A stretch of DNA of 63,254 nt, counting the filler, from Octopus bimaculoides (taxonomy: Eukaryota): the NCBI RefSeq assembly GCF_001194135.2. It is 6 parts of 6 records of this genome, joined end to end, with 100 filler letters (N's around TTAATTAATTAA, not from the genome) between each part and the next. Parts side by side here need not be neighbours in the genome. Positions count along the whole stretch, not along the records: positions 2,401 to 16,542 come from NC_068997.1; positions 16,643 to 19,071 come from NC_068982.1; positions 19,172 to 41,489 come from NC_068985.1; 3 more parts are not named here. One strand, 5' to 3'. This document shows positions 12,004 through 24,566 of the stretch, piece by piece (the first letter of the stretch is position 1; each line of letters begins with the position of its first letter). The notes beneath the pieces were generated by a model. That model was given only the letters and a program-made list of their open reading frames with translations. It did not search any database and was not told where the DNA came from. The translations under genes and the position numbers were made by a program.

Positions 12004-13400
12004 TACCTTCATCATTGCATACCTTCGTCAGGTCTTCTAGGCTTCCACACGGACCAAGACATGCGATATTATAAGATTCTAAATAAATATATGTAGTTTT
12101 CCGACGACACTTTGCTAAATTATTCTAGATGAGCTGTTAACCGGACTCAGTAGATGATATTAATGCCTGTCTTAATGGGTGCCGTGGTTCTCGGTGAAAG
12201 ATACGATGATTCTCACATTGTTATCGCTTTTTCAGAGTAAATGGTGGTGGTGGTGGTGGTGGTNNNNNNNNNNNNNNNNNNNNNNNNNNNNNNNNNNNNN
12301 NNNNNNNNNNNNNNNNNNNNNNNNNNNNNNNNNNNNNNNNNNNNNNNNNNNNNNNNNNNNNNNNNNNNNNNNNNNNNNNNNNNNNNNNNNNNNNNNNNNN
12401 NNNNNNNNNNNNNNNNNNNNNNNNNNNNNNNNNNNNNNNNNNNNNNNNNNNNNNNNNNNNNNNNNNNNNNNNNNNNNNNNNNNNNNNNNNNNNNNNNNNN
12501 NNNNNNNNNNNNNNNNNNNNNNNNNNNNNNNNNNNNNNNNNNNNNNNNNNNNNNNNNNNNNNNNNNNNNNNNNNNNNNNNNNNNNNNNNNNNNNNNNNNN
12601 NNNNNNNNNNNNNNNNNNNNNNNNNNNNNNNNNNNNNNNNNNNNNNNNNNNNNNNNNNNNNNNNNNNNNNNNNNNNNNNNNNNNNNNNNNNNNNNNNNNN
12701 NNNNNNNNNNNNNNNNNNNNNNNNNNNNNGGAGGAGGAGGAGGAGGAGGAGGAGGAGGAAGAGGAGGTGGAGGAGGAGGGTGACTTGAATTAAATACTGT
12801 TGATAACGAATCCTGACTAGCAATGAGTAAGATGTCCCCACCATGTCATATGCATGAAATATATCATGCACAAGTGGCAAACAGCCTTACAGTTGGACAC
12901 AAGGAAATTGTAGAAACAAAGTAATCTCCGTTAGAAGACGAATATTCCAGAGATATACTTCTCCCCTCCTTTTCTGTCTGTCTTTGACGCCTTTAACAGT
13001 CATGCAATGTCGAATTGGGAGTAGAAGGCAATGACAAGTAACTAGAAACGTTAGTGCAGAGAATACAAGTAATAATCAAAAGAATAAATGTTATTTAAGC
13101 TCTTGTAGAGGAGGAAGTTAACAGCACTGATATCATACACGAAAAAAGAAACCGAGGAACGAGAATTAGACCAAATATGGATAGAGAAAGACCGACGTAT
13201 CAATGAATTAAGTACAATACGAATCAAAAAGCAACGAAAGAAAGATGAATTCGAATAATACTTAGAACAGAACTAATTGTGAAAAGTAAGGCGATAGACA
13301 TCAATACATTAGCTCTCCTAGTAATAAGTTTGTAGTGTATATATTCTTAGTTAGACGCTAAACAAACAAGCTTGACTATTCAGAAAACATGGAAAATAAT

Positions 13401-13614
13401 CTTTACTACTCTAGGCACGAAGTCCAAAATTTACTAGGGTGGGGGCCTGTCGATTAAATCACCTCTAAAAGGCTAATGGTACTTAATTTATCGAGCCCCG
13501 AAAGAATGACAGGCAAAGTCGACCTCGGCGGAATTTGAACTCAGAACGTAAGGGCAGACCAAATATCGCTAAGCATTTCGCCCGGCGTGCTAACGTTTCT
13601 GCCAGCTCACCGCC
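13401..13614 (-). mobile_element. tRNA-head SINE, family A, full length
   Basis: Reverse strand starts GGCGGTGAGCTGGCAGAAAC (A box), has GAGTTCAAATTCC (B box), the core and the tail CGTGCCTAGAGTAGTAAAG. Confidence 0.9.
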
Positions 13615-14278
13615 TTAAACAAAGAAAATAATGAATGCACTTAGAATGAACTTTCTAAAATTTGACACTCAAAAACTGTTTATAAGAAATGCAATGCTTC
13701 ACACAGCTGGAAAGTTAGAACAATTTTGCATTACGAAAACTCATGGACAGAATGATGGAAAATTAACAAAATCTGATACGAGGCATGTACCAAAGAAAAC
13801 TTATTTTCTGTCTTCAAGGAGAAAACAAAAGTTGCAATAAAAGATGGCTATGAGAGAAACAGAAAAGCGACAACAGAAGTCGTGAAGCTGCTAAAGTCTA
13901 AATTAAAAGTAGACTACAAAATGCAACGGAAAACTATGGCAAGAAATGAACATAAATTCACACCATTAGAAAAAACGAAACGAAGTGAATGTAAACAAAA
14001 AAATTCCCGACAAACTCGGGTTGATGTCAAGATAAGGACTCCAAACGTCTTCATTGTGGCACGGGAGCAAGGTCACCAGAAAGAAAAAAAAATGTAATGG
14101 AGCAGAATGCAGAAAGCGCAGAATACGGGTTAAAAGTAAACTAACTTTGACTGACTAGTAAAAGCCAAGACAAGCAAGCCGACGTATATACAGTGATTGT
14201 TATGCCAGGTCTGTGAGATAGCAAGAGACAACAGAATGTAGGAACATATACGAATTGGAGCGGTATAGATGAAGCAAT

Positions 14279-14353
<75 letters not shown>

Positions 14354-15789
14354 TGTATGTATAGAAGCATACGTGTGTGCCGTAGTATGTATATGCATAC
14401 ATATACATGTATATATATATATATTGATACATNNNNNNNNNNNNNNNNNNNNNNNNNNNNNNNNNNNNNNNNNNNNNNNNNNNNNNNNNNNNNNNNNNNN
14501 NNNNNNNNNNNNNNNNNNNNNNNNNNNNNNNNNNNNNNNNNNNNNNNNNNNNNNNNNNNNNNNNNNNNNNNNNNNNNNNNNNNNNNNNNNNNNNNNNNNN
14601 NNNNNNNNNNNNNNNNNNNNNNNNNNNNNNNNNNNNNNNNNNNNNNNNNNNNNNNNNNNNNNATAAATATACAGGGATTAGCAATTGAGTTGCTTCTCCA
14701 ACATACTGAAAATTTAGAAATAGCAGTCAAAGAACTACTGATTCCAAACTACAAATTTTTCTCTGCCCTTATTCTTGTATATATATATATATTTATATAT
14801 ATATATATAAAGATAGACAGATAAATGTGTGTGTGTGTGTGTGTGCGTGTATGTGTGTGTGAGAGAGAGAGGGGGGCTTCATATATGTATGTATCTATAT
14901 ACGCATACATGCGTGTATGTACAGATACATACATATGAAACATTCTATTGTCGTGTCTGAATAGTAGAAGGAGCATCTATGAAGACCAAAGACTACTCAA
15001 ACCGCCAGCATTGTCTTCACAGAAATTCTTCCAGATCATTAACTATCTTATTTGAAATTTTAAACGACAATGGCAGAATGAATTTTTACCAGCTACAGTA
15101 ATAGCATAGCTAAATGATTTCTCATGAGTTGGATAACGAAGATTCTGTATGCCGGAAGAAAAAAAATCATTATAGCAATGGTCAGGTGATAAACTAATGA
15201 GGTCATGATACACTGTGCGTATTTTATTCAAAACACTAATGAGGATGTTTCTGTCAAATAAAGCTCTTTGCAAGGATCCTTGTATATGTTAATAGTCTGA
15301 AGGCCGATTGCCGTATACGAATGAACAGAACGCTACATGTATGCGAGAAGATGAATGCAGCAGATAAATTTACGACACAAATGTCAGAATATAGACCTCC
15401 ATACATGTTAATCCATGCAGACACACATACATATGAATACAGCTATATATACATGCAGTTATTAAAATTATACATTCAAATTCATTCATACGTTTATACA
15501 TACACACACAGACGCTTATATATGACAGGCTTCTTCCAGTTTCCATTTACTAAATCTAGTCATGTATGTATGCATATAAAGTACAGGAATAGGGATTTGA
15601 AATACGGGTGGGTACCTTATGAGAATTCGAATACAATCCAGATCTGGCAAACCACACAGAAAGTCAGAGAACATTAAGAATTATTCAAATAAACGAGAAA
15701 CTGTACTTATACATAGATAAAATCCTGATTTCATTGAATTAGATTTCATACAGCATACAGAGTATATATATATGTATGTATATGGTTGG

Positions 15790-15934
15790 TTAACACTCCG
15801 TCGGTTACGACGGCGAGGGTTTCAGTTGATCCGATCAACGGAACAGCCTGGTCGTGAAATTAACGTGCAAGTGGCTGAGCGCTCCACAGACACGTGTACC
15901 CATAAAATAGTTCTCGGGGGAGATTCAGCGTGAC
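15790..15934 (-). mobile_element. SINE family C, 3' part
   Basis: Homologous to 38520-38665 (CGGTTACGAC...GATCAACGGAACAGCC...GATTCAGCGTGAC). Confidence 0.75.
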
Positions 15935-15944
15935 NNNNNNNNNN

Positions 15945-15996
<52 letters not shown>

Positions 15997-16082
15997 GTGT
16001 GAGTGTGTGTACGTGCGCGCGCGCGTGTGTATGTGCTTGTGTATTTGTATGTATGTATGTATTTGTGTGTATTAGATATATA

Positions 16083-16449
16083 TTCTTTTATCTCGCTACG
16101 TGATTCAGCCATTTGACTGTGGTTTCGCTGGAACACCGCCTTACACGGTTTTGGTCAAAGAAATTGATCCCATGCTCATTCTTTGGAAATCTAGTATTTA
16201 TTCAATCGGTCTCTTATGCCGAACCATTAAGTTACGGAGACGGAAGCACACCCATATCAGTTGTCAAGAAAAGATGAGTGGAAAAATACTGACCCACAGT
16301 CATACACTCACAAATATATCTACGTATATATACGACGGGTTTCTTTGAGTTGCCGTCTACCTAATTCACTCACAAGACTTTGGATGGCCCAAGAATATAA
16401 TAGAAGACACTTGCCTAACATGAGACGCAGAGGGAGTGGCTCGGAACCG
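16083..16449 (-). mobile_element. tRNA-head SINE, family B, near full length
   Basis: Reverse-strand match to family B from the head region to the GACTG/AAAAGAA tail. Confidence 0.8.
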
Positions 16450-16642
16450 TCAAACTAATACATCCTTTTGTTGTTTACACCACCTGTCCTCGTCTGTTGT
16501 TGTTTTTTTTCGTACGTTCTCCCATATATATATATATATATANNNNNNNNNNNNNNNNNNNNNNNNNNNNNNNNNNNNNNNNNNNNTTAATTAATTAANN
16601 NNNNNNNNNNNNNNNNNNNNNNNNNNNNNNNNNNNNNNNNNN

Positions 16643-16903
16643 TAGGATATGGTCGAGGTATTTTGAAATGAGTTCGGTGGGGCAATTGCAAGCAGAGACA
16701 ATGGGGCGGCCAGGGTTGTTAGGTTTGTGGATCTTGGGAAGGAAGTAGATGGAGGAGGTGCGAGGTGTGCGGACGATGAGGTTGGTGGCGGTAGCGGGGA
16801 GAGCAGAGGAGGAGATGAGGTCATGGATTGTGGAGGACACAAGCCGTTGGTAGGAGGGGGTGGGGTCGGAGGGGAGGAGGCGCCACACCACCACTGCTCC
16901 ACC
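16643..16903 (-). mobile_element. Penelope-like element reverse transcriptase fragment
   Basis: GGAVVVWR...DPTPSY...IYFLPKIHKPNNPGRPIVSACNCPTELISKYLDHIL, the typical PLE PKIHK/GRPIVS segment; continues into an assembly gap. Confidence 0.92.
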
Positions 16904-17361
16904 TATATTTACTTTTATCTTTTACTAGTTTCAGCTCGAGAGCTGCGGCCAAGCTGCAATACTACTGCTAGCTTTGCTACACTTCACTGGAATTTCAACA
17001 AGATCAGCAGGTATTTTTGCATGTATGTGTGGAGTTAGTGCATGTGCATATAGTTGCATGTCTAGACAGGCATACTTTAATGATAAAATTCTGAAACATT
17101 TTCACAAATTTTTATAGTTCCAATGATGGCATGAATCTGTAGTCTTCGAATAAGGTTGTATGTAGGTAGGTAGGTAGGTAGGTAGGCAGGTAGGTAGGTA
17201 GGTAGGTAGGTAGGTAGGTAGGTAGGTAGGTAGGTATACTATCACAACTGTGAAATGCATCAACTTATTGATAGCCAAATATAAAACATATTGTCAGATA
17301 TTCTGAAAACTTTTTTTTTTACTTAAAACTGATAAAACCAATTTCTCTCTCTGTCTTTGTC

Positions 17362-17442
<81 letters not shown>

Positions 17443-17515
17443 CTATCTATTTATCTATCTATCTATCCATCTCTCCTTCTTTCTTTCTCTTTCTCTCCAT
17501 CCCTCTCTCTCTCCC

Positions 17516-17581
<66 letters not shown>

Positions 17582-18957
17582 GTAAATTGCTTCAGCATTT
17601 CAAACAATTTATATAAGAGAACGAATACATACAATAGTAATAAAGATAGATACAGACAGACAGACAGACTGCATTGGAATGCTTTTTGTACTAGCAATTG
17701 TATCTACATAATTAGTTAATAATTGATTAGCTAACTACTGTTTCTACATATATGGTAGTCATTTGACTATATTCTATTTATCTAGATGATACGGTCAGTA
17801 TTTGAGTGCATTTTGTATTACTTATTAAGAACATAGAGAAAAAAACCCAAGTTAAAAACAAAAATCCACACTGTATATTTTTCTCATGGTACACTAACAT
17901 TGTCCAAAGATGAAACATAAAAACTATCGCTTTCATTCATATATGTCTTACTCAAGGGCCCGGGAACAGGGGGTGCAGCGGGTGCACCTGCACCCCCTAG
18001 AATTTTCAGGGGGTGCAAGATCAAAATTTGCACCCCCTACATAATCTTACCAGTTTCAGAAAAAAAGTGTCTAAAATCTATCGGCATAAAATGCTTATTT
18101 CGATCTCGTTTCAAAACAAAGAAAAAAAATAAATAAATAAATAAAAGTGATGAAGCTGGCGTAAAATTCCCTAGGGAGTTTAGGACAACTAATTTCTGAA
18201 GGAAAGTAGCGTCAAAATACAAAAAAATAAGTGACAATAACAACAGTAGCAACAACAATAACAACAAAACCAGCATGTATGGTTAATTTTGAATATATAG
18301 CATTACTTGAATTATTGAAGACAGCTCCCACCCAGTTTCTGTCTGTCAATACTTCTCTCCATCTTTCAGAACCACTCCCAAGTTCTTTGTAATTGGTGTT
18401 GCTAAAGACTTAAAACATGGTTGAATGGATTCGACCGTTTGACCCCAGTCTAAAAATAAAACCTCTTCAAAATTCTTTCAGTACAAAACGACCATTCAAT
18501 ATTCCATACCATTTACTGCTTGACCACTGCCTGGGTAAGTGCCTTTTTTTTCAACTCCAACTTTAGTCTTGATTCACCTTTTCATTAAATCTTTACTTTC
18601 CCTTAGGAAATAGTTTCCTTTTAGCGTTACTACTAACAAATCGCATCTTAAAGACGTAGTTTAGGCAGAATGCCTTATATATTGACGCATTTCATTTTTT
18701 ATCTTGCCTTAATTCTGTCATATTATTAATCAAAAGTCTTACTGCGTATATGTAAAATAGTATCTGCGTTATATGTGTTTCCGATACTGTCCTGCTTTTT
18801 CGTTTTATATAGAAAACGTTGACTTAATTAGTTTGATAAGTGCCTCTGCACGAAACTCTCGAACCTTCAGTCACTATGTAACTTTCGCCGATCGATAAAT
18901 CTATACTTATTGAGTCTGACTCAACATAAGTTCTATTTTTCATGTTTGAACCACTAC

Positions 18958-19000
18958 GCCTCTGACGAGAACCCAATAATGTCCGAAAATCGATTAAGGT
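18958..19000 (+). ncRNA. Minimal type I hammerhead ribozyme motif (canonical core)
   Basis: GCCT-CTGACGA-GAAC(ccaataat)GTCC-GAA-AATCGATT-A-AGGT: 4-bp stem I, stem II with one mismatch, palindromic stem III. Confidence 0.75.
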
Positions 19001-19703
19001 TGTTCATCTTTTTTTCAATCTACGGAGAAATGGCTAAATTTGCTCTCATTATAAATATACGATATATATATNNNNNNNNNNNNNNNNNNNNNNNNNNNNN
19101 NNNNNNNNNNNNNNNTTAATTAATTAANNNNNNNNNNNNNNNNNNNNNNNNNNNNNNNNNNNNNNNNNNNNTGTGTTGTGAATTTATGGAAGGGAATCCG
19201 ATACAACTCAACAATTTTGTTGAAACTAGAGAAGAGATGTTAAAATACGTGTGTTGCATTCCACCAAGCCCAATATAAACTGGACAACCATATCCGGGTT
19301 GGGTGCAGGTATTATAAAGATAGAATCACAAATGAGGTTTTAAGTTTACTACAACTGTTTCTGTAACATTTTATTTGTTGGTTCATAGATTACGTCAGAG
19401 TAAAAGTCCACCATCGTCGGTTAGCATTTTAAACTTGAACAAAATAAAACCTTGGTGATGACCTATTTTCGACAACTAATGTTATGAATAAGTGAAATTC
19501 AAAAATAGCACAAACGAATTCTTAGAGAAAGTAGAGACGTATACGGATGTTCGAGCAGCAAAGAGCTCAACACAATCCCATTTTCAAGCAGTTTCAAGCA
19601 GTTATTTTTAATTTGTTTATTGCAGTGATCAGGTAATTCAAAGCGTTTCTGGGAAGATATTTCATTGGTTCTGTTAATAAAACCGCAAACTATACATAGA
19701 TAT

Positions 19704-19845
19704 GGTGAAGGTGCCTGGTTAGGTGTGTTAGACTTACGATCCTGAGATTGCAGTTTTGATTCCCAGACCGGCTGCGCGTTGTGTTCTTGAGCAAAACACT
19801 TCACTCCCGTTGCTCCACTCCACTCAGTTGTAAACGGATAACACA
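19704..19845 (+). mobile_element. tRNA-head SINE fragment
   Basis: GGTTAGGTGTGTTAGACT...TTTGATTCCCAGACC head, then GTGTTCTTGAGCAAAACACTTCAC. Confidence 0.6.
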
Positions 19846-19973
19846 CCGATAATAACCATTCCCAGTTCTGTACTTTATTTGTGTATGCATTTTCAATAAT
19901 ACATGGCGAATAATATTTATATTTTTAATACAGTACGGTAAAAAAAAATGTAATCTAAATTTACGAATATATT

Positions 19974-20432
19974 TTACGAATATATTTTAATGGAGTCATA
20001 ACTTCTTCGCTCCTTAAATCTCATGAACCATCCTTGACTTGCTTTGAACTCTACATCTTTCTCATCTGAATACTTTTTCTTCAGGTCCTCAAACAAAGAC
20101 AACAGTTTCTCTTGAATGATTTCTTGACTAATAGTAGCACGCTGACGATTCAACCTAACAATCCAAAGAGAAAGAAGACTTTCCATTTCTTCAAAGATTT
20201 TGCCTCTTTTCTTATCGATGACAGTGTTCTTCACCGTTGGGGCTTCGGATCTGATATGTGCTAAAATCTTGTCCTTATTATGTGCAGTCGTCGATACAGT
20301 TGTCCAACTCATTCCAAAACATCGTGCAATTACTACCATTTTTTTCACCTTTTTCATGGCTTTTTATCACAGCCAGTTTATCTTCCAGCGTTATAGCATG
20401 ATGCTTAGCACTTTCACTGTGAATTTTGTCAT
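19974..20432 (-). mobile_element. Tigger/pogo transposase N-terminal remnant (psq HTH + CENP-B HTH)
   Basis: KHHAITLEDKLAVIKSHEKGEK / MVVIARCFGMSWTTVSTT...LLSLWI...ISQEIIQEK...FKASQGWFMRFKER with a frameshift; truncated before the DDE domain. Confidence 0.9.
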
Positions 20433-20784
20433 GAGGGCAAAAAGTAAAGTCACAAATGAATGAGAATGAGAAAGTAGCCGATAAACAGACGTAAACAAAT
20501 CTGAATTCAAAACAATCGCGAGAATCACGAGAGATAACGACGCCTAGCGATAGATATTGGAACTACAGTGCAATATGAGCTCCGAAAGACCGATAAATAA
20601 CACAACACAGCTGATTTCCTGATTTCGTTCACGAAGCTACACTACTTTATGGTGTGTCTTAACATTTACTGTGCGTATTTAATATGATTTTATATGCTTT
20701 TATGGTAATTATTCAGTATGCTTACAATAAAAAAGTAAATAAGATTTAAGGGGGAGATAAGTAGTAAAAGAAGCAACTGACTTT

Positions 20785-21398
20785 TTACACAGCATAAACA
20801 CTGGCGATCGCCGCCACAAGGGGAACAAATGTGTTCGTTTGTCCGTGGAATTAAGCCTTTCCACATTTTGTGTGAGGACATGTTGATTATGAGGATCAAC
20901 AAAATCTTGTTCGTGTATAATCACCTCGTGTGTGCAGGCATCATCAGTCAGGATACCAATGTTATTACACGCTCGCCAGCCATCACTGACTATGTGAAAC
21001 CCATCTTTGTATCAGCGCAGTTAAGGTTTGTTCAGTGCGGTCAGGTATATCGACCAAAAAACCCTTTTTAGAGCCTCTCCCTCTCCCTCTCCCCCCCTCT
21101 CTCTCTATGCCACCGAATACCCAATGGCCAGGGCACCACTTACCTCAGTAATACTTACGATGAAAGAACTTGCTTTCGTCAATTTCTACAACTAACGTCT
21201 GTCCATTAGCATCCAAACCACCAATTTCTATCTGATTCTTTTGGAGCCAAACATCACGTACTTCCCAAAAGAAATCACACCATTCCACGACTGTAGTTCA
21301 ACTATTGACGGAAGGCTCGTGCATAATATCCTCTTGAGACATATCTCGTGCCCAATAACAAACAATTAAAATGATATTGAGCAAGGAAATATGACTTC
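20785..21398 (-). mobile_element. Merlin (IS1595/ISXO2-like) transposase remnant
   Basis: IEIGGLDANGQTLVVEIDESKFFHRKYY*GKWCPGHWVFGGIER...GFLVDIPDRTEQTLTALIQRWV / HIVSDGWRAC...HEVIIHEQDFVDPHNQHVLTQNVERL; all three D-D-E motifs visible, with stops and a frameshift. Confidence 0.92.
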
Positions 21399-21559
21399 TA
21401 TCCTTATTTATTGTACAGTAACATGGTTTTATGGGCTTTTAACGGTTTTCTAGTGATTTTACGAATCCAATATTTGTGGCAGACAGACGTAAAGTCGAGT
21501 AAAATGACTTAACTTGATTTTTATTTTTCCATATATTACTTTTGAAAGCCGACGTATAA

Positions 21560-21604
21560 CCGAGAACGAATTAAATCGAAACGACTTAAGCCAAGGCATG
21601 CCTG
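21560..21604 (-). mobile_element. Tigger-type terminal inverted repeat with TA flank
   Basis: Reverse strand TA|CAGGCATGCCTTGGCTTAAGTCGTTTCGATTTAA; a CAG start after TA is typical of pogo/Tigger ends. Confidence 0.6.
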
Positions 21605-21741
21605 TATAGTTTTACCCTCACTACAGGCCAAATTTAAAATTTTGATTAACCGAGATTTCGTAGTTTTCGTTCTTTACACACCGAGTCAATGGTTTGATTT
21701 TCTCATTGCAGGGAAACTCATGATTCATTATTGTTAATTCA

Positions 21742-21796
<55 letters not shown>

Positions 21797-22185
21797 CATT
21801 ATTATTATTATCATTATTATTGTTGTTGTTGTTGTTTTCCTCAATGCGTTAAATATGTTAGCACTGACTTCACTAAGAAATAATAAGTGAGATAAGAGAT
21901 GAAAACGCCGGCCTTATCTTCAGTTGTGAACAGGCTGAATTCGTTCATTTAAAGTTGAACTGTGAGATAAAGGAGATAAGAGAAGATATCGAGGAGATGT
22001 GGAGAGGATGTTGAAGTGGAAATTAAAATGAGGTGGGGGTGGGCGAAGTAAATCAAAGAAATACGGAACGAGAGAGAGAGAGAGGGAAAGAGGGGACGAG
22101 CGATGAAGTAAAATATATATGTAGAAACAGGTCAAAGGGATAAAGTCTGAAACGGTGCATGGAAGGAAACTAGATGGGGGAATAG

Positions 22186-22236
<51 letters not shown>

Positions 22237-22407
22237 ATTGATAGGTAGATAGATAGATGGACAAATGGATGGAAGGATAGATAGATAGACAGACAGACAA
22301 ATAGATAGATAGACAGACATACAGACAGACAAATAGATAGATCGATCGATCGATTGATAGATAGATAGATAGATGGATAGATAGATAGGTAGATAGATCG
22401 ATCGATC

Positions 22408-22448
<41 letters not shown>

Positions 22449-22449
22449 G

Positions 22450-22497
<48 letters not shown>

Positions 22498-22548
22498 CAT
22501 ATCATATCTTATCTAGAATAACTATTACTTAACCATTTTCTCACACCA

Positions 22549-22594
22549 TCTCCGATGAAGGGATATATAAAATATCCCGGAAACAGCTGTAAGA
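22549..22594 (+). ncRNA. Minimal hammerhead motif, variant core CCGAUGA
   Basis: TCT-CCGATGA-A-GGGATAT(ataaa)ATATCCC-G-GAA-ACAGCTGT-A-AGA. Confidence 0.65.
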
Positions 22595-22875
22595 CCTATT
22601 TACAAATGCTCTGAAATCTTTCACAGCCCTGGATTTTTATCTCATTCTGAAATTTTTTTATATATACACATGCTGATATATGACCTACATTGGACCCCTT
22701 ATTCGCATAATCACCGAACCTGGAGCTTAACTATGGTCTATCCACTGCACTTACTCAGCATTACCTGACAATTTTGGATCTTATTAACACCATTACCTCT
22801 CATAACCTTCCCCTCTCCGTGTCTCTGTCTGTCTGTCTGTCTCTCTGTCTCTCTGTCTCTCTCTGTCTCTCTCTG

Positions 22876-22909
<34 letters not shown>

Positions 22910-23776
22910 TCTCTNNNNNNNNNNTATAGTGAGAATTTACAAAAATACAAAAGACGAAGACGGGTGTGTAAACAACAAACAGAAAGGAAGACAGAAATAA
23001 ACAGGGAGAGAGAATTTTTTTTTAATGTTTAGTGCCTAGCGATCTATTATACATATGTGTGTGTATATATATGTATATATATATATATATATATAGATAC
23101 ACAGATAGATATACGCATGTGTTTATGTATGTTTGTCCCTTGGCGTATACATACACACTGACAGTAGACAACGAAAAGTGGAACTAAAATAAAAGAAACT
23201 AACAAACAATTATTCGAAAATTTAAGAACAGTTTTCACAAATTTTCGAGATGCAGAGGCGAAGTCGAAGAAACCGAGAGAAATATGGGGAAGGTGAGTGT
23301 CGAAGAATAATAGAAGAATGAAGATCGTGATTGTGTGAGAATGAGAGAGACAAAGAAAGAGAGACAGAGAGAAAAGGGGAGAGAGGGAGTGGATGAATGA
23401 TAGGAGAGAAAGAGTAAGTGAGCATTTCCCATACTACAATATGCTCTTAAAGCTAATGTTATACTTCAGCAGTTCTATCCTCAAATTAGAAGTAGACAAT
23501 GTTTCACGGTTGAGCGATTCGTATGTCTATTCAATGATGTCTGCTGAAAAAGGAACTTACTTAGTCTTACGTACTTGGTTTCTCTTCGTAAAGAACATAG
23601 CAATCGTTTGTATACAACAGATTGTTTTCATGTGACTTTGATTATGTCGCAGAAAGCTACGCAACATAATAATGAAAGTAAACGAGAAAGCATTTATGTA
23701 GAAGCTCAACCTGTTAGAAACAGCAGTCAAATTTCCCTCAAACCTCACTCTATTACTGTTTCAAAGAGACAAGACA

Positions 23777-24064
23777 GTTCTATAATTAAGAGATGAGGAA
23801 TAATCTACATTATTTACATTTGACGGATATTTGTTCTCATCTTGTTTGTTGTTAACACAACGTTTCGGCTGATATACCCTCCAGGCTTCTTCAGGTGTCT
23901 TGGGGAAATTTCGAACAATAACATCGAAAAATACGTTAGGAATGAGAACCCCGGTTCGACATTTCCTCAAGACACCTGATGAAGGCTGGAGGGTATATCA
24001 GCCGAAATGCTGTTTTAACAACAAACAAGATGAGGAGAAATATCCGTCAAATGTAAATAATGTA
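23777..24064. mobile_element. Penelope-type pseudo-LTR fold-back with two hammerhead motifs
   Basis: 111-bp inverted arms (23806-23916 and 23954-24064); motifs at 23854-23899 (minus) and 23971-24015 (plus); same family as 63000-63190. Confidence 0.85.
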
Positions 24065-24099
24065 AACAAAGAGACAAGAGATGAAAGGATATGACTGGA

Positions 24100-24350
24100 T
24101 TTATCAGGGGCCAAAATGTATGGAGAATCAATATAGCTGTGTATGTTTATGCAGACGATGTTACAGCAATAGGACGGAGCTCAATATGGTTGGCAGTGAC
24201 AGATTCATAAATTAAATTCATGAAACCAGTGGTACACAACTGTGCGTCTGAAATGGTAAGATTATACCACGATCCAGTGGCGTCTTTCGTTGGATTGAGA
24301 GTCCAGTAAAATTACTTGTAAACTTCGGTCATAACCTCCAGGTGAAAAAG
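24100..24350 (+). mobile_element. Tx1/L1-clade LINE reverse transcriptase fragment
   Basis: VYVYADDVTAIGRSS (YADD at 24148) and [22 protein letters not shown], resembling the Tx1 WxxGPVKxLGVWFGPDLQxxKNW segment; decayed. Confidence 0.7.
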
Positions 24351-24508
24351 AACACTAAGCTGTGGTCACGACCTGGCTCATATGTATGTGTGTGTGCATG
24401 TGTGTATGTATATGTATATATATATATTTATATATGTGTGTATATGGATATATATATATATGTGTGTGTATGTATGTATGTATATATATATTTATATATG
24501 TGTGTATG

Positions 24509-24566
<58 letters not shown>

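Noticed and set aside
13401-13614. tRNA-like A and B boxes as tRNA genes (also at 39117, 38800 and 19710)
   Set aside because: They are SINE heads followed by shared SINE bodies; no complete cloverleaf was seen.
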